A stretch of 63,341 bases of DNA, filler included, from Hyphochytrium catenoides (Eukaryota; Protista; Hyphochytriomycota), in assembly GCA_900088475.1 (NCBI GenBank). It is 5 parts of 5 records of this genome, joined end to end, with 100 filler letters (N's around TTAATTAATTAA, not from the genome) between each part and the next. Parts side by side here need not be neighbours in the genome. Positions count along the whole stretch, not along the records: positions 1 to 21,640 come from FLMG01002166.1; 4 more parts are not named here. One strand, written 5' to 3'. The stretch's first letter is position 1. Every line of letters begins with the position of its first letter. The notes beneath the pieces are model-generated. The model saw nothing but the letters and a program-made list of their open reading frames with translations. It had not been told where the DNA came from and made no database searches. Positions 1 through 13,165 of this stretch are shown piece by piece. A program made the position numbers and the translations under genes.

Positions 1-297
1 AAGGATGGCTTCATCGGCGTGAGGGAGCTTGGAAACTTTAGGCAATGGCGTGAGAAGGACAGCAAAGACAATAACCCAACCTTCACCTTCGACCCTTTCC
101 ATCAAACCATTGCTTATGGCGAGTCTGCTCTTATTCTGAATGTTCTCGGAAGAAACGAGCGCATCAGCCTCGAGCATGCTCGCTCCTTCATGGTTGAGGA
201 GCGTATCCCAAGCGACTACCGCGCTCCTGAGAAGGAGGTAAACACGGTAGATCTCCTACCTACCGTCGCGAAGCTCAGAGCTGTGTCCGCTGTGTAA
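1..297 (+). CDS. Heme-thiolate peroxidase (chloroperoxidase/unspecific peroxygenase family), C-terminal part; 5' end lies outside the window
   Basis: Open frame from base 1 to TAA at 295-297 reads KDGFIGVRELGNFRQWREKDSKDNNPTFTF...AYGESALILNVLG...ARSFMVEERIPSDY. The NPxF, AYGESA and FxxEERLP-type motifs are characteristic of the C-terminal half of this family. Confidence 0.8.
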   Translation, partial: KDGFIGVRELGNFRQWREKDSKDNNPTFTFDPFHQTIAYGESALILNVLGRNERISLEHARSFMVEERIPSDYRAPEKEVNTVDLLPTVAKLRAVSAV

Positions 298-567
298 ATT
301 GCAGAAGGGCCCCTCCGACCCACGACCTTCTTTTCTAATTTTTCAAGGCAACAGAACGGATGACCTCACGCTCTTTAAAAAAAGAAACTCTAATAAAACT
401 ATAACTGCGAATCTCTTACAGAACTACCGTCCTACTCAAGCAAAATGCAGTCTTACTCATTCCCACTCAGTGCAGAGAAAGGGGTTGAGGCTTATGACAG
501 GGAGCAGTGGACCAGACCACCATTGGCCACCTATAACGTACCGCCGGCTGGGAAATCTCCGTACTGC

Positions 568-3500
568 TTAGTCAAAATGGGACATATCCCTACACTTCAA
601 CAAGGCGTGCCTTTGCCTCGTCCGCATTAGTAAATAGAGCTTCCATCGGTGCAGTATATCCGAAAGCACCCTCCTCTGCGACCGAAAGAGCAGGAAGCGA
701 AGGCGCTTCCGCCGACGGGCTAGCCACCTCCAAGCATGGAATATGCGGTTCACCGTACGTTCCTTCCTCTTCTTTCTGCATCTTGCCTGAGCGAAACGAG
801 CTCGACGCCAGCGGTGGAAGCTGCCGTAAGACAGAAGCATTAGTAATTGAGAGCTACGTTCTTCGCTTTGCAGACGATCAAGGACAAGGACAATTTGGAG
901 GCAGACCTCGCGAAACAAAAAATTGATGGCACAACCGAGGAAACAGAGGTTGCGTCCTAGAAAGAGAAGACGATAAGGAGGCAAAGACGGGGAAACCTCG
1001 TCCGCCTTGACAAGAAAGAAGAGGAAAGGAGCGACAATTGCTATCTAATGGATCTAAACCATTCCCTTACATCTCGCTTTGTACACGTGCTTGCCGTCTC
1101 CTCCTCAGCTTAGAGTAGGCCACAAGCATGGCCCAGGCTCTGAGTAGGCGGTGGAGATCTCGAAGCTGGCGCTGTCTCCGCCGTCGCTGCGTAAGGGCCT
1201 TCCACACGCTGCACTTACTTGGTTAAGGGGCCAACTCGGAATCTGGTTCTCAATGCTTAGCTAGAAGATACCTGAAAGCCACGAGTTGCCTTCTCTTGGC
1301 CCTGGATGCTTCTAAAACTTGGGCGGCAGACGCAAATCTACGATACCTAGCAGTACTGTAGCGCCAAGCGCCGAAGCATCGCTCTAGGTGTACACCTTCA
1401 TCGTTCAAAGAAGTAAAGCGGGTTATTGCTTACACTAGATAGCGAGTCACCTTCGGAAGAGGTACCGGAGAAATGCTGATCAGCCTTCTCCAGGGCGGTC
1501 CTCCGAGCTTTGTGGCTGATGGCGTAACACTTCCACACGCAGAAGGCTCTAAGTGTTTGGCCAAAGGAACGCTGTTTATCAGCCTCGACTGATTTCTGTC
1601 TGAGCAGTTTCCGTTGCCTGTTTCAATGACAAGCTTAGAATGTTCCAACATTGGGGAAGAGGTGCACAACGCATATAACTCGGTCTGAGTCTGCCAGCGC
1701 CAGTAGCATAATACCTGCTGATTATCTTCCATTGTCGAAATGACCTTGCTGCTAGGTAGAACTGGTGCCTTCGCTTTACTTCGGCCAGAATCCTCCACCT
1801 TGACAAAGTGTAACGTGCCATCCATGACGCCCTCTTTAGGAGGATGGAGCTAGAGGCAGAGCGTTCCGACGCTCTTCGTCTGACTTTTGCTTTCCAGACG
1901 TGAAGCAGTTGGCCTTTTACTCTCTGCTGATACTTAGCAAGAAGCAAATGGTTGACGGCATGCCCCTCCCTTCGCCATGTAGCGTAAGAGGCCCAATGCT
2001 TGATGACTGCTCTAACTAATCGAACGTTTCGACGACGACAGAACCTTAGGAGTCTCTCTTTCAGCTCTCGTTGTCGGTGGTTGTAGTCCAGCCTGTGGAA
2101 GCAGATAGGATCAAGCGGGTACCTCTTCGATTAGCTCTCATGGAGGAGAGATGGATACAGTCAATGAGAGCGAAACAGCCCCTAAGGGGACCATACCTGC
2201 CAAGGAGGAACGAATAGGTACACGAAATGTCTGGGAGGAGGCAAGATCACGACTTACCAGGCTTGCCAACACCATCTCTGGAGCTGCACGGCTGCCCTCA
2301 TTCTTATCTTCTTCTTTAAGTGATGGTACCCAATGGTCAACTTCTTCCACCGGACAAACTTGGATATGCTTGCCTGTCTCTCAACTGCTTTACTCAGGAG
2401 GCAAATGAGACGTCGACATGCTTGACTGCGTCTTGCATAGCGATATAATGCTTGGAACGTCCTATCTTTCTGCCACCTCTGAACAATAGCAAGAGAGAGA
2501 CTTAGCGTGTACAGGATGGCAGATGACAAGCTGGCAAGACGTTTCTCGTAAGACGGCAAGTCAATAACGGGTTATAGACCGGGTACACTGGACCCAAAAG
2601 TAAAAGACATGGCGTCTGGATAGGCGGACGCACCTCCCTCCGAGACGCGAAGTCTTTAACCGCTTTCTTAAGCCCAGTTGTCGTTGCTTTCCAGAGTTTC
2701 CAGCGCTCAAAGTATAAGCTCAGTTGACGGCGGCGATAGTATATCTTAGCAAGGTTCTCCTGTTTGCTCTTGACTTGAAGGCACACAACCTGGGCCCTCC
2801 AATGATCTAAGCTACGCTTCTTCATGTTACCGCTGAGGACACCATGCATGTGGCTAATCTTTGTCCTTTGTGCTTTCTTCTGTAAATGGAAGGGGAGAGC
2901 CAAAGTAAGACTGGGACCTGGTAGGCAAGAAATGCTGTCTTGCTCTTCCCACGGCACTGACTGCGGTTAATGGCAAGAAAGTGAAAGATGAGGCCTTGGG
3001 CCTTCCTTGAACAAGTCTAAGGCAACCAGTAAGAGAGCTGCGCTTGACAATATACGTCCCTACCTCTTTCGCATACTTGTTTAAGCATGAGAGAACTCTT
3101 CGTCTCTTCTCGCGCTTCATGGCCTTCAGCATGAGACTTAGTCGTCGTTTTTGCTCCATGTAAGACCGCCAGGATCTGAAGCTTTTGCGAAGCAGCAGAG
3201 AATCGGCCATCTCTTGTTTAGCCCTCTTTTCCTTTAAGATCTTCGTGTAGCCCTTCCAATAAATCAACGCCTTCCTTTCCCTAACTAAGCTCCAGGCCCT
3301 TACACATTTAAGCGACAAGGCCTGCTTGTAAGGATCTGTTCGGAAGACCAAGCAAAGATGGCTAAACTGTTCTCTCTGTCGTTTACGCATGCCAAAGTGA
3401 TTTTTCCACGAGACAAAGGCTTTGTACATTTTTCTACGTTGCAGAGAGTGGAAGAACAATATCGCTTTCTGGTTGCGGTTATACGCCCCAAACCAGATAG

Positions 3501-6500
3501 CCCAACACCGCAGCCGAAGCTGCTCTTGACGTCTCCTATGTAGTGCTTGGGTCGCTCTCCTTTCTTGCCGATGACTCATCCATAAACGGTTCCAATTGAG
3601 AAAGCAGTGACGCTAGTAATGGATAAAGTTATCATCAACGGAAGAAATGGGAAGAGTGACTTTAGCTACAAATGATACCTTGATATTCCGTTCCCTTGCA
3701 CTAAGAAAAGCCTTCACCCGACGTGACAAGGCAGTGGCCATCCTTAAAGCACAGAAAACCCCTGCAACCATTTTTCTATTTCTCTCGGTAACGAGAACGG
3801 CACACCTCTCTTCTCCAGAGGCGATGTCGAGGACATGCTGCTTGAGCCCTTTGATAACCCTACAGTTATACAGGAAACGGAGGAATCGCAGCAAAGGGCA
3901 GTGAATGAGAAAACCTTGGTGATAGGCCTATCTCACAATTGAAGAAACAAGTATAGTTGTCATATATGGCGGGTCAAAGCAGGATGAACCCTAGACCCCT
4001 TAGACAATAAGCGAACTTGCGAAGAGGTTCCACACTCATTTACCTTCGCTTGAGTCGAGAGTCATATTTGGCGCAGGCAAGCTGCCACTGCCTGGCATTC
4101 CGCTTTAGTACCTGGTCGACTTCCTTCCAGTGTTGAAACATCCGTTTCCTTTCGTATTTCTCCCAAACCATCTTTATTCGTTCTTTGGCCTGCAGACGCT
4201 TCGTTGTCAGCCGGAGCCAATGCGCCAGCACTTGGCGTCTCCTGGTCTCCGATACCGCAATCATGGCAGTCTGGCATAGGAGAAGAACTATTAGTGTCGC
4301 CTTACTTGCCTGAGGTAAAAGGTGGCTAAAAACAATCGACGTGTATATACCTCTTGAAGAGCCGACAGCCTGCGCGAGTTGTGGATGGCTAAGACCAAAG
4401 CAGACCAAATGTCACGCAGCAACCGCATTTTTCTCCTCCAAGCAAAGTGCTGCAAAGTATACCGCACTTTTGATACGCGGGCAGTCCAATCTACCCAGTG
4501 CTCTATTGCACCCTGTTTCCTGGCAACTTGGAGATGTGCCGTCATCCTCGCTGTCGCTCTCCTGAGAGTCATCCGCTCCTGCCGCCAACCTTGCCATTGC
4601 TTATAAATAGTAGTAAGGAGACGAACGGAATGGTGTTGGACTGCAAGTGAGAGCCGTTTGTGCTCTGCAGTATGGCGTTTCCAGCTGGAGATTGTGACAT
4701 GAAGGAGTTTGCTTCTGAGTCTCCTCTGTAAGTCTGAGGCCTTAGCATTCAAGCCCTTCTTTCTATTGGCCACTTTCTGCCAGCGCTCCAATACCGTCCT
4801 AAGGAGGAACTTTGCAGCAGAAACTGCGCGTCAGCGAGGTGACTAATTTTTCCTCTAAGACAGAGCGAGGAAAAACGCAGAAGTCGCGCAGGCAAGCTAA
4901 GGAGTAATCGTATAAGGCGTAGACGGCTGGTGGAAAGGCCTGGAGCTCTCCTACTACCTTTTTTCTTCTGGCTCTGGTTTCTCTAACCCACTTGGTTCTT
5001 GTCGCCAGAATGGCCCAATCCTTAACGGCCTTGCCTCTCTTCATACTTTGGATTCTATTCATGGCAGCTGCAGCGAGTGTCACAAGCTGGGCATGGCTGG
5101 TCGCGAAGCTCCTCCACGCCCTAAACACTAGCAACTGAGAAGAGCACACAATTGCCGTGAGACATAAAGGCACAACCTTGAATATGTTCGAGGAAAATGC
5201 TGAAACGTAGACGAGTCACAACGCAGCAATCTAAGGGCTAAGAGGGCAAAAGCGAAGCCAGGTCATACGGTAGGATGGATGCCAAGCCAACCTTTCGTCT
5301 CATTTGACCCTCCAGAACCATGCTTCTCTGCAACTTTTTCTGTTGGGTGCAACCTTTCCAATGCCCTAACATCCTCGCTTTCAAGCTCCTTTTGAAGGCC
5401 GATATCGCCATCTTTTCCTGATAATGCTTGTGTGAGACACATATGTGCATTCCGTGTGGCGGGTAGTACTTGCAACGACCATAAAGTCATAGAAGGCGGC
5501 AACAATTATAAGCAAAAATGGCGCTGTGACGGCACCAAGAACAGTTTTAAAGAGAGGAGAAGTTCAGAGTAGCCACGTTAGGCCCTATTGATCCATATAC
5601 CTGCCGCCTTCTGAGAGCCGCTTGTCTCCATACATCAAGAGCGAAATATATCCGCTTTTTATGTATCAAGGCCTCCAGTAAGCCCTTTCGCCTACCCAGC
5701 ATCCGAGCAGAAGTCGTTCTCTGTCTCCACTTGTAGAAGACGTGGGACGTAAGACGAGAGTTCCTCCATCTGATCACCAGGGAGCGAAGAATCTGACGTT
5801 GCCGCGGCCTCAGAGTGGGTGATCTCATAGCGAACACCGTTAGGGTCCGGTCTGGCATTCCTTCTAATTGAGGTCCCTGAAGATCTGTACCCGTCTTGAG
5901 AAGTTTCTCCTCACGCCCTGGCAGCTCCGAAACTTTTGTCATCCTTATCGCTCCATCGTCCTGCCCAGAATTTCGGCCATTGCGTGTGACTACGGGAGCT
6001 CCATTTGTGATGGCCGCTGCTAAGGTCCGTGCCCAGTCAACAGGGCTACTATCCCCATCTAGGAGCTGGCTCCCACCTGCCTCAGGGCTTTGCGCGTCTT
6101 TAACTTCTTGAATGTTCCTGTGTTCTTCCGGAACGTCCCAGAATGAACTGGCTTGGGTGGCTTCTGGACTAGTTAGATCTACACCTCTTCTGCTCGTTAC
6201 CACCGTATGCCACTCATGCAAGAGCTTCCGCCTTCTCCTCTCTTTGATCTTCTCCTGGGCTCTTCGGTGATAGATTTCCAGATTGCACCAACTACGCCAG
6301 TGTTGAACCGCGAGGCGAGCCACGCGTGAGCTAAGTTTCCTTTTAGCCTCTTCTTCTTTCAGTTTTATTGCCTTGAAGGCTTGGTAATGTTTCTTCCATG
6401 ACAGGAACTTGTGGGCCTGGAATGAAAAACGTAATTGAGACTTCTGCCGTAATGGGATGTCCATTTCCTAGATTCATCATCTGCGCCAACTGCCCCCGAA

Positions 6501-9500
6501 GCAGCTCCAGCCATTAAGACACCAGCTACGCCGACGGAATCTCCCCGCACTTACCAGACTTTTCCTCCTTCGCAAGATGTCCCTTGCTGTCTCATCTTTG
6601 AAGATGACCGCACCAACAGCCGGCATTTCCTAGCGAGGAGGGCACGAATGAGGTCAAAAACAATCGCTCACTTTGTTGTCAAAGATTCCATCAAAAACTC
6701 CATCAGAGAAGGTAGAAAGGGGTTAATTTCCAACGTTTGTCCATTCTGAGAGACTACTTACCAAAGTAACTGTTTCAAGTTCTTTTGGCCTTCTTGTCCT
6801 GTCTAGGGTGACCGGATGTCGCTGGGCTCTCCTCGGTCCCCCGGACACAAAGGATTCTGGAATATCGGCCCAAGTTTTGTCGCTTGGAATAACCTCTCTT
6901 TCCTTTGCAGCGTTACCCTCAACGCTGCTCGAGCTCAAAGTATTCTCGCCTTCATCTTCTTTTTCTCCCTGCTCCAGAGAAACTGCTAGCCCTTGGGCCC
7001 TTGATGGCTGTGGTTTCCTTGATGGCTGTGCTTTGCTTGCGCCAACGATCTTGGTTTTTCGAAGTGAGTCAGACAGCGGTTGGCTATTACTTAGAGCCCC
7101 ACTGAGCACATCCGATAAAGACAAGGATGGACCACCCTCCTCGTGGCGTTTTTCCCCCTCTGGGCGAAGGGTGTCGGGGCTGCTGAGGGAGACCGTGTCT
7201 GCGACTGCTCCTAGGACGTTTTCTTTCAACACGCTCAACAAGGGTTGTTCTTCAGCCTCTTCATCAGCCTTACTTTGGGCCGTTTCAATGCCAGGCTTTA
7301 GCCCTTCGTCCATCGTGTCATTGTTTTGAGATATTACCCGCAGTAGCCGCCGTGCCGCTGCTCGTCTCTGAGTTAGACGGGATTAGTCAGACGAAGTGTT
7401 CTCTTGCAGAAAGGGTGATGACACCTGTACCATCTACTCCTTTCGCTCCTACACCCTTCCTATATTCATCACCTGGGCGAAAGCCTTCCATGCTTGGAAA
7501 ATCTGTAGTAAGGAATTCTCTCTTTGTCTCCTTTTGGTATTATTTTGCATCTTCCACCTGCTCCAAGCGGCTTGCATCCTAAATTTCAAACTGCAGTTAG
7601 GGCCAGCGCTGCATGGAAGGAACATCACAATAGTAATGGGGAAAGCACAGAAGCGAAGGAGAGGGGACAGCTTTATAACCAGAGTCGCTGCGAGAGGCGA
7701 GGGCTTCGTCAGCTTCTACGTGGGGTAGGATGATGTTCAACTTGCCTGAACCGTTTGAGCAACAACTCTAATGATCGAGCAGCTCGACGTTTTCGAGCAG
7801 CTGAGCGCCAGACGGTGAACCTTGAGGCAAGCAAACCCTGCCTACAGAAGGCTTCCTATAGCGCAAAGATGGTTTAGTGAGAAGGGGATTGATGATACCT
7901 CAAAACTATGGGGAAAATAAGAAGTCAAGTCTTGAATCGATACTACGAGCATAACAAAATTGTTTAAGGTACAATGGAAAATTGTTCCAGCACCAGGACC
8001 TGTTGCTCAAACTTCGCCTTCTGCTCCCGACAATAGCAACGCCAGCCCTGAAACGATGATCCCAACAATCTCTTATTGACGACACTAATCTACCTCACGG
8101 GACGTAAAAAGGTCGCGTTAGGTACTGCAAAGGCCAGACACATGAGGCAAGTACTCGTGGTGGAGGAAGAGACTTTTTACGAAGCCTAGTTCGGTCTCAT
8201 TCTTATGGCGCGAAGGGCGAAAGCATCAAAGTGACAAACTTTGTCCATTATGAAAGACGTCTGGCTTACAAGCAAACCCTCCTGTGCCTTTTCCAGTTTC
8301 TTGCTCTGCAAATATCGCTTCCAATTAGAGAAGGCACGAGAGCGAAGTCGCCTCCCTTCCACTTTGGCCTGAACAGTTAGGCACAAGGGAAATCATCAAA
8401 GACGACAAAAGCCTATGTTAGAGTTACGAGGAAGTGGAAGAGGGTCTACTGTTCAGATCAAATCCCACCGCTTTCGTTTGCTGCTGTTCTCTCTTTGTCT
8501 CCAGCACGACCAACTTCCACTCCTGAAACCTTCTTGATAGCAGCTTTTGTCTGTGAGAAGCTTCCTGTGATAGTTCATACCATAAGTGCATGAACGTGAC
8601 CCCAAGTCAAGAGGAAAGAACAAACAAAGGAGTAACTCAGACTTTATGCTTGCCACCTCACCGCGGCGAATTCTCGCTGCTTCCAGTCACGCCTGTCTAG
8701 CACAACTTCTCTCCAAGCTCTCACGCACCTTCTCAGCATCTTGCTGTTCAGCGTGACTACGACCAAACACAGGAGATGATTCCGTATGAGCAAACTCTCG
8801 CAATAAATGATTTCAAAATAGGTAGATAGAAAGAAAAGGAACAGAGATGGAACTGGAGACGGGGCGCTGCAAACTTGCGCCAGAAGCCGTAGTGATATAG
8901 TAGTATCCAATGTGCTTACGATGCAGTAAGCCTAGGCGTGAGTGGGTATTGAAAGGTCTTATACCTGTTAGGCTATGGTAGAACCTTCGTCGCCTCTGCT
9001 TATGATCGACGAACGTTTTCCAACGGTTTAAAGAGGAACGAAGCAGCCGTTGAGCAGCCAGAGCTCTGAACGACAACATACCCTCCCTCCTAAAGTTGGC
9101 CCAGCTACAAGGAACAGAATGTCAAGTTGCAAGTTAGGTAAAGACATAGGAATCAGGTTAGCAGAACTAGGCCACCATCGGAGATGGGTAGCGTCATAGG
9201 CCAGATACACAGTGAAGTGGTAGATGAACACCTGTCGAAAACTCTCTTCAGAAGGAACTTCTCCAAAGGGGAGAAGACACCGAATCCACGTTCCGGCGGG
9301 CTTATCTTCTGCGGTAAGCCTTTAGCATAGCAAACTTTAGAGCGGATGACCCAGCGATAGAGGCAAGGCACAGCTGCGGAGTTGAAAATCTCTTGGCTCC
9401 TTGTATGACGTCTCGCCAACTCCTTTTCAATAGTCCGTCTGAGATTTGTGAATGTCTTACGTGCCAAGTTTTGGTTATAGAGGTTAATTGCCATCATCTC

Positions 9501-11157
9501 AGTCTCACGCTGCCGTTTCCTCATCCTGGCATAGCGGCGGAGGCGAAAGAAAGCTTTTGCCTTCATTTTCATCTCCATTCCTAAGGCAGCAAGTGCTTCT
9601 GCATCAACTGCCGCCTCCCATGCTAGTCTCCAGTGAGAGAAAGTCTTCCGAAGAAGAAACGAGCGCCACGTATTCGCTGCCTTCAAGTCCAGCTGCACGT
9701 CACTTGGCAAGTGCGCGTTCAGAGTCCCGTCTCGCCGTACTTCTCCGTACTCCATGCCCTCCGCGGGATAACTGGGACGGAGGAGAAGCTCTGAAGAAGT
9801 AGGATGGCTCGGAGCAAAGAGACTTTCGATACGCGCCCAATGCTTGTCCGCCATCTCATCCTCATGTGAAACCCTCTCCAGGGTGTCCGACCTGATATTT
9901 CCTCCTAAACAATTGGGCAACAGCGCATGAGAAAAAAAGGTCACAAAAAGAGCTATGTAAAGCAGGAAGNNNNNNNNNNNNNNNNNNNNNNNNNNNNNNN
10001 NNNNNNNNNNNNNNNNNNNNNNNNNNNGCGATGGAAGGTCCGAGATTTCGCCTAAAGAGATAGCAGGACAACTTATCAGCTCTGCACGTGAGTTGAATAA
10101 GGAGAAAGTATGGTCGAAGAGAGAGATACGGGAGAGAACTTGGGAATAGGCGTCAGATCATCTCATCAAAATACGGTCAACCTTAGGGTTAGAGTTAGGG
10201 GTGGGCCATCAGTTAAGGATGAGCAAGATACCATGAGGTAGATAGGGAGAAGGAAAGTGCTACGTTGGTTAACACAGCGCATGAGTATGGAAGCAGGCCC
10301 TATGACTATACCAAGAGGAGCTCTTCCAGCCTGGCCCACCAGCTGGTGGCCTCAGTCTGCTGCGCTAGATCAATCACCAGGCGGAGGAGAATCAGGGCGT
10401 AGGAGGGAGACAATCGCTGACTCTTTACCACTCCACCAGCAGCACGTAAGAGCTCTGCTAGTGTCGTCTTGTCCCTCGATCTTTGAGCAAGAGTCTCCTC
10501 TTGCTCTTCTCTCTGCCATGGTGCTGAAGGGGCAACACCTCAGCTTTATTCCTTAGGCAATCTTCAGAATGTCACAAAAGGGGGCAAGAGGAAAGCAGAA
10601 GCCCTCAACGAAAGAACAAGGAGAAACTCGCATGAACAAAGGAGGCTAAACGACAAAAGACGTGCAGACGACCAAAGAGGAAGAGATCGCGCAACGTTTC
10701 CATCAAGTGGTAGAGGCACAAGAGAGAGAGGGGAGAGAGCACACCAGGCCCGGATCCAGTTGAGTTCTGCGGCGTGGCCCTTCCAATCACCTGACAAAGG
10801 ATCCGAAGATCTAGAATAAAGCAAAGAGAATGAGACTGCCCCTGTGGCCTGCTTTCTAAGGATTTTTGGTCTCGCAGAAAGCCTTACCTGATTCAGTCAG
10901 GGGACGGCTTACGGGCGGTAGGATAGCTATCGCATTGTCTATCCATCCCCTGGAGTGGCTTCTCCGGCTGGAAGAGAGCACAAGGAAATGAGAAGGAGCT
11001 TGAGCAGTGTGATGATGGCCGTCGTTGCCCGATACCTGAGCTCCTCAAAGATCCGCTCAAGGCGTTGATACTTCACCACATCGCTTATCCGCTCGGAGGC
11101 CACCAGCGGAACTGGGAGGTGCCGTGGCTCTGAGCTGCAGGACGTTCCACCTGCCAT
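568..11157 (-). CDS. SFI1: Sfi1-like centrin-binding protein, multi-exon; boundaries approximate
   Basis: Dozens of Sfi1-type repeats (LLRKTFSHW, LLRKSFRSW, LRSRAFSNW, MYKAFVSW, LLSRRFQEW) lie in exons joined by short GT-AG introns, for example a 35-nt intron near 4271-4305. The 5' exons splice in frame from ATG 11157 and encode an Sfi1-like N-terminal helical segment (TLAELLRAAGGVV...LLRLVIDL...SWWARL). There is an N gap at 9970-10026, and the final exon and stop are uncertain. Confidence 0.8.
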
Positions 11158-13165
11158 ACTTTACCTTCTACGTGTCCCCATCGGCTGCGCCATCACTTTT
11201 TCCCGCCTCCTTCCCATTGCAGCCTCAATAGGGGAATATAAGACGGGCCTTCTCAACCGACCGGTCGCTTCTGCAACGGTAAACCGATGTCTTGAGCTCT
11301 CCACAAAGGGCCAGCATTGCTGGCGACTATTTTTTGATGACGTCTAGCACGTAGTCCCTCCTGCCGTGGCATTGTGACGTCTTCGTTATGTCTCTGTCAG
11401 TCCAACTTGTTATTGCCGCCTGGCCTTCTGCTCCCGTCTTCCGCCCGTGTGAGACCCTCAAGGCAGTGAGAAATGTCAGTGGTGGATCTCTCGTCCAGAT
11501 GTGGCGCTGCTGCCAGCTCCTCCTCCGCAGGCAATGTTCTAGGGCTTACTTCTCCTTGCTTATTTATTGCTTGCTGGCTGCCTTCCTGCGCCTCTCGCTC
11601 CTCATCCATCATCACACCTCCTCGAGGATGAACCCAGGCGCGATGACCTATATACTAATAATAAGAAGAAGGGCTTTACTTGTACCTCACACTTCATAGC
11701 AAGAAGATAGATCAGAGCTTGGGTCAGACGTCCCCCTGGTGTCGTTTAAACGTCTGAGAGGGAGAATTTTCGCGGTCTGTTCAAGAAGAGGAAGAAGGGT
11801 CAACCCTCTAATAATAATAATCTCATAAGAACTTCCCTTGTATGTACTGCTTATTATGCACAGCAGCAAAGGTTGTTGTTAGTGCGTTGGAGGACTTTCT
11901 TCTTCCTTTTTGTTGTCTGCTGCTGATCGCTTCATCATCGTCGGTCATCCTTCGGCGCGTTCTAGTATGTAGTAGTGAATCGCCCTCAAGAAGAGGAGGA
12001 AGAAGAAGAGATAGAGCAGGAGAAGAAGAGAAGAGAAGAAAGAAGAAAAGCTATGACGCCTTCTTGGTCTCGACCTCCTCAGCTCGATCTGCTCCATGCT
12101 TATCATCAGTAAAGAAAGAATCATAGTTGATCCTCCACAGTGATTAAGAGGGGAGGAGGAGGAGGAGGAGGAGAGCCACCAACAACCACAATATCATCAC
12201 CACCATCAATCAACAATCTTATACTATTTTCGATAATATAATAATAAGGTTAGATAATATGGTTATGCACCTACTACCACGCTCCTCCTACCTCCTCTTT
12301 CTGTCCTCCGACGACCGACGACTGGCACCATCAATGGCAAGTGACAGCAGCAGCAGGGGCTAATAATCACAGGACGGGACGATAGGCGGCTGCTGGCGCC
12401 GCCGGCAATTATTATTGTCATCCACCATCGTCATCCTCCTCCTCCTCCTCCTCTGACGGAACCACCTGGCGAACGAACTAGTTTCTATGAGGTAGTAAGG
12501 CACTCAATTCACCCAGAACAACCCTTTTCATAGTAGATTCTAGTAGTGTCACTATTGCTACTAACTGTTCCTCCCTAGGCGAGCCGCAGGAGGGCGGGCA
12601 ACACAGGAGGGAGGAGGAGGAGGAGGCTGACAACAAAAGAAGAAAGGAAGGAAGAAAGGGAGGCACAACCACAAAAGGCAGGCGGGTACTAGGAGGACAT
12701 TCCAAATCTCCTCCAGGACTCGTGAGATTGGGACTAAGGTCTCAGCCGTCCTCCAGGAGCTGCACGAACCGTTATTTCACCCTTGAAGTTCTCTGGTCCG
12801 TGGGTCCTGTTGGCCGCTCCTTCGATCGCCTGGACCGACCTGACCTGACCTGACCTTCTTCCTCAGCGCTCTATCTATCGGTACGAGCCTGGAGTCTCTC
12901 TCTCTCCTCGAAAGCCTTCTATAGTGACACGGAATCAAGGGGAAGAAGAGAGAGGAAAGAGAGGGAAGAGAGAAGAGCGCGAGACTAAGCAGGCGGAACA
13001 GATAGGGACCGAATGAGACAGAGAGACGGAGAAGAAGAAGCAGAGGACCAGAAGAAGAAGGAGTAGGAGGATGACAAGCCAGAGGAAGCCAATGTATCCC
13101 ACAAGCACACAGATCTCAACGACGATGCAGTCAAACCACTAAGCAACGGATAATCTCCTGAGGGA

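Noticed and set aside
4271-4310. Apparent GC donor (CAG|gcaagt) in the Sfi1 gene
   Set aside because: Using it creates a stop. The adjacent GT donor gives an in-frame 35-nt canonical intron.
10183-10201. TTAGGG-like motifs
   Set aside because: Only three degenerate units inside an intron, which is not telomeric.
11300-12710. Short ORFs between Sfi1 and CC2D2A
   Set aside because: Low complexity, no motifs and no consistent splice model.
13012-13165. In-frame TAG and TAA in an acidic coding-like stretch upstream of CC2D2A, suggesting stop-codon reassignment
   Set aside because: ARPC3 (TAG), MECR (TAA) and the HMG gene (TAA) end at their expected positions, and conserved exons contain no internal TAR codons. 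The stretch is more likely purine-rich UTR or decayed sequence.
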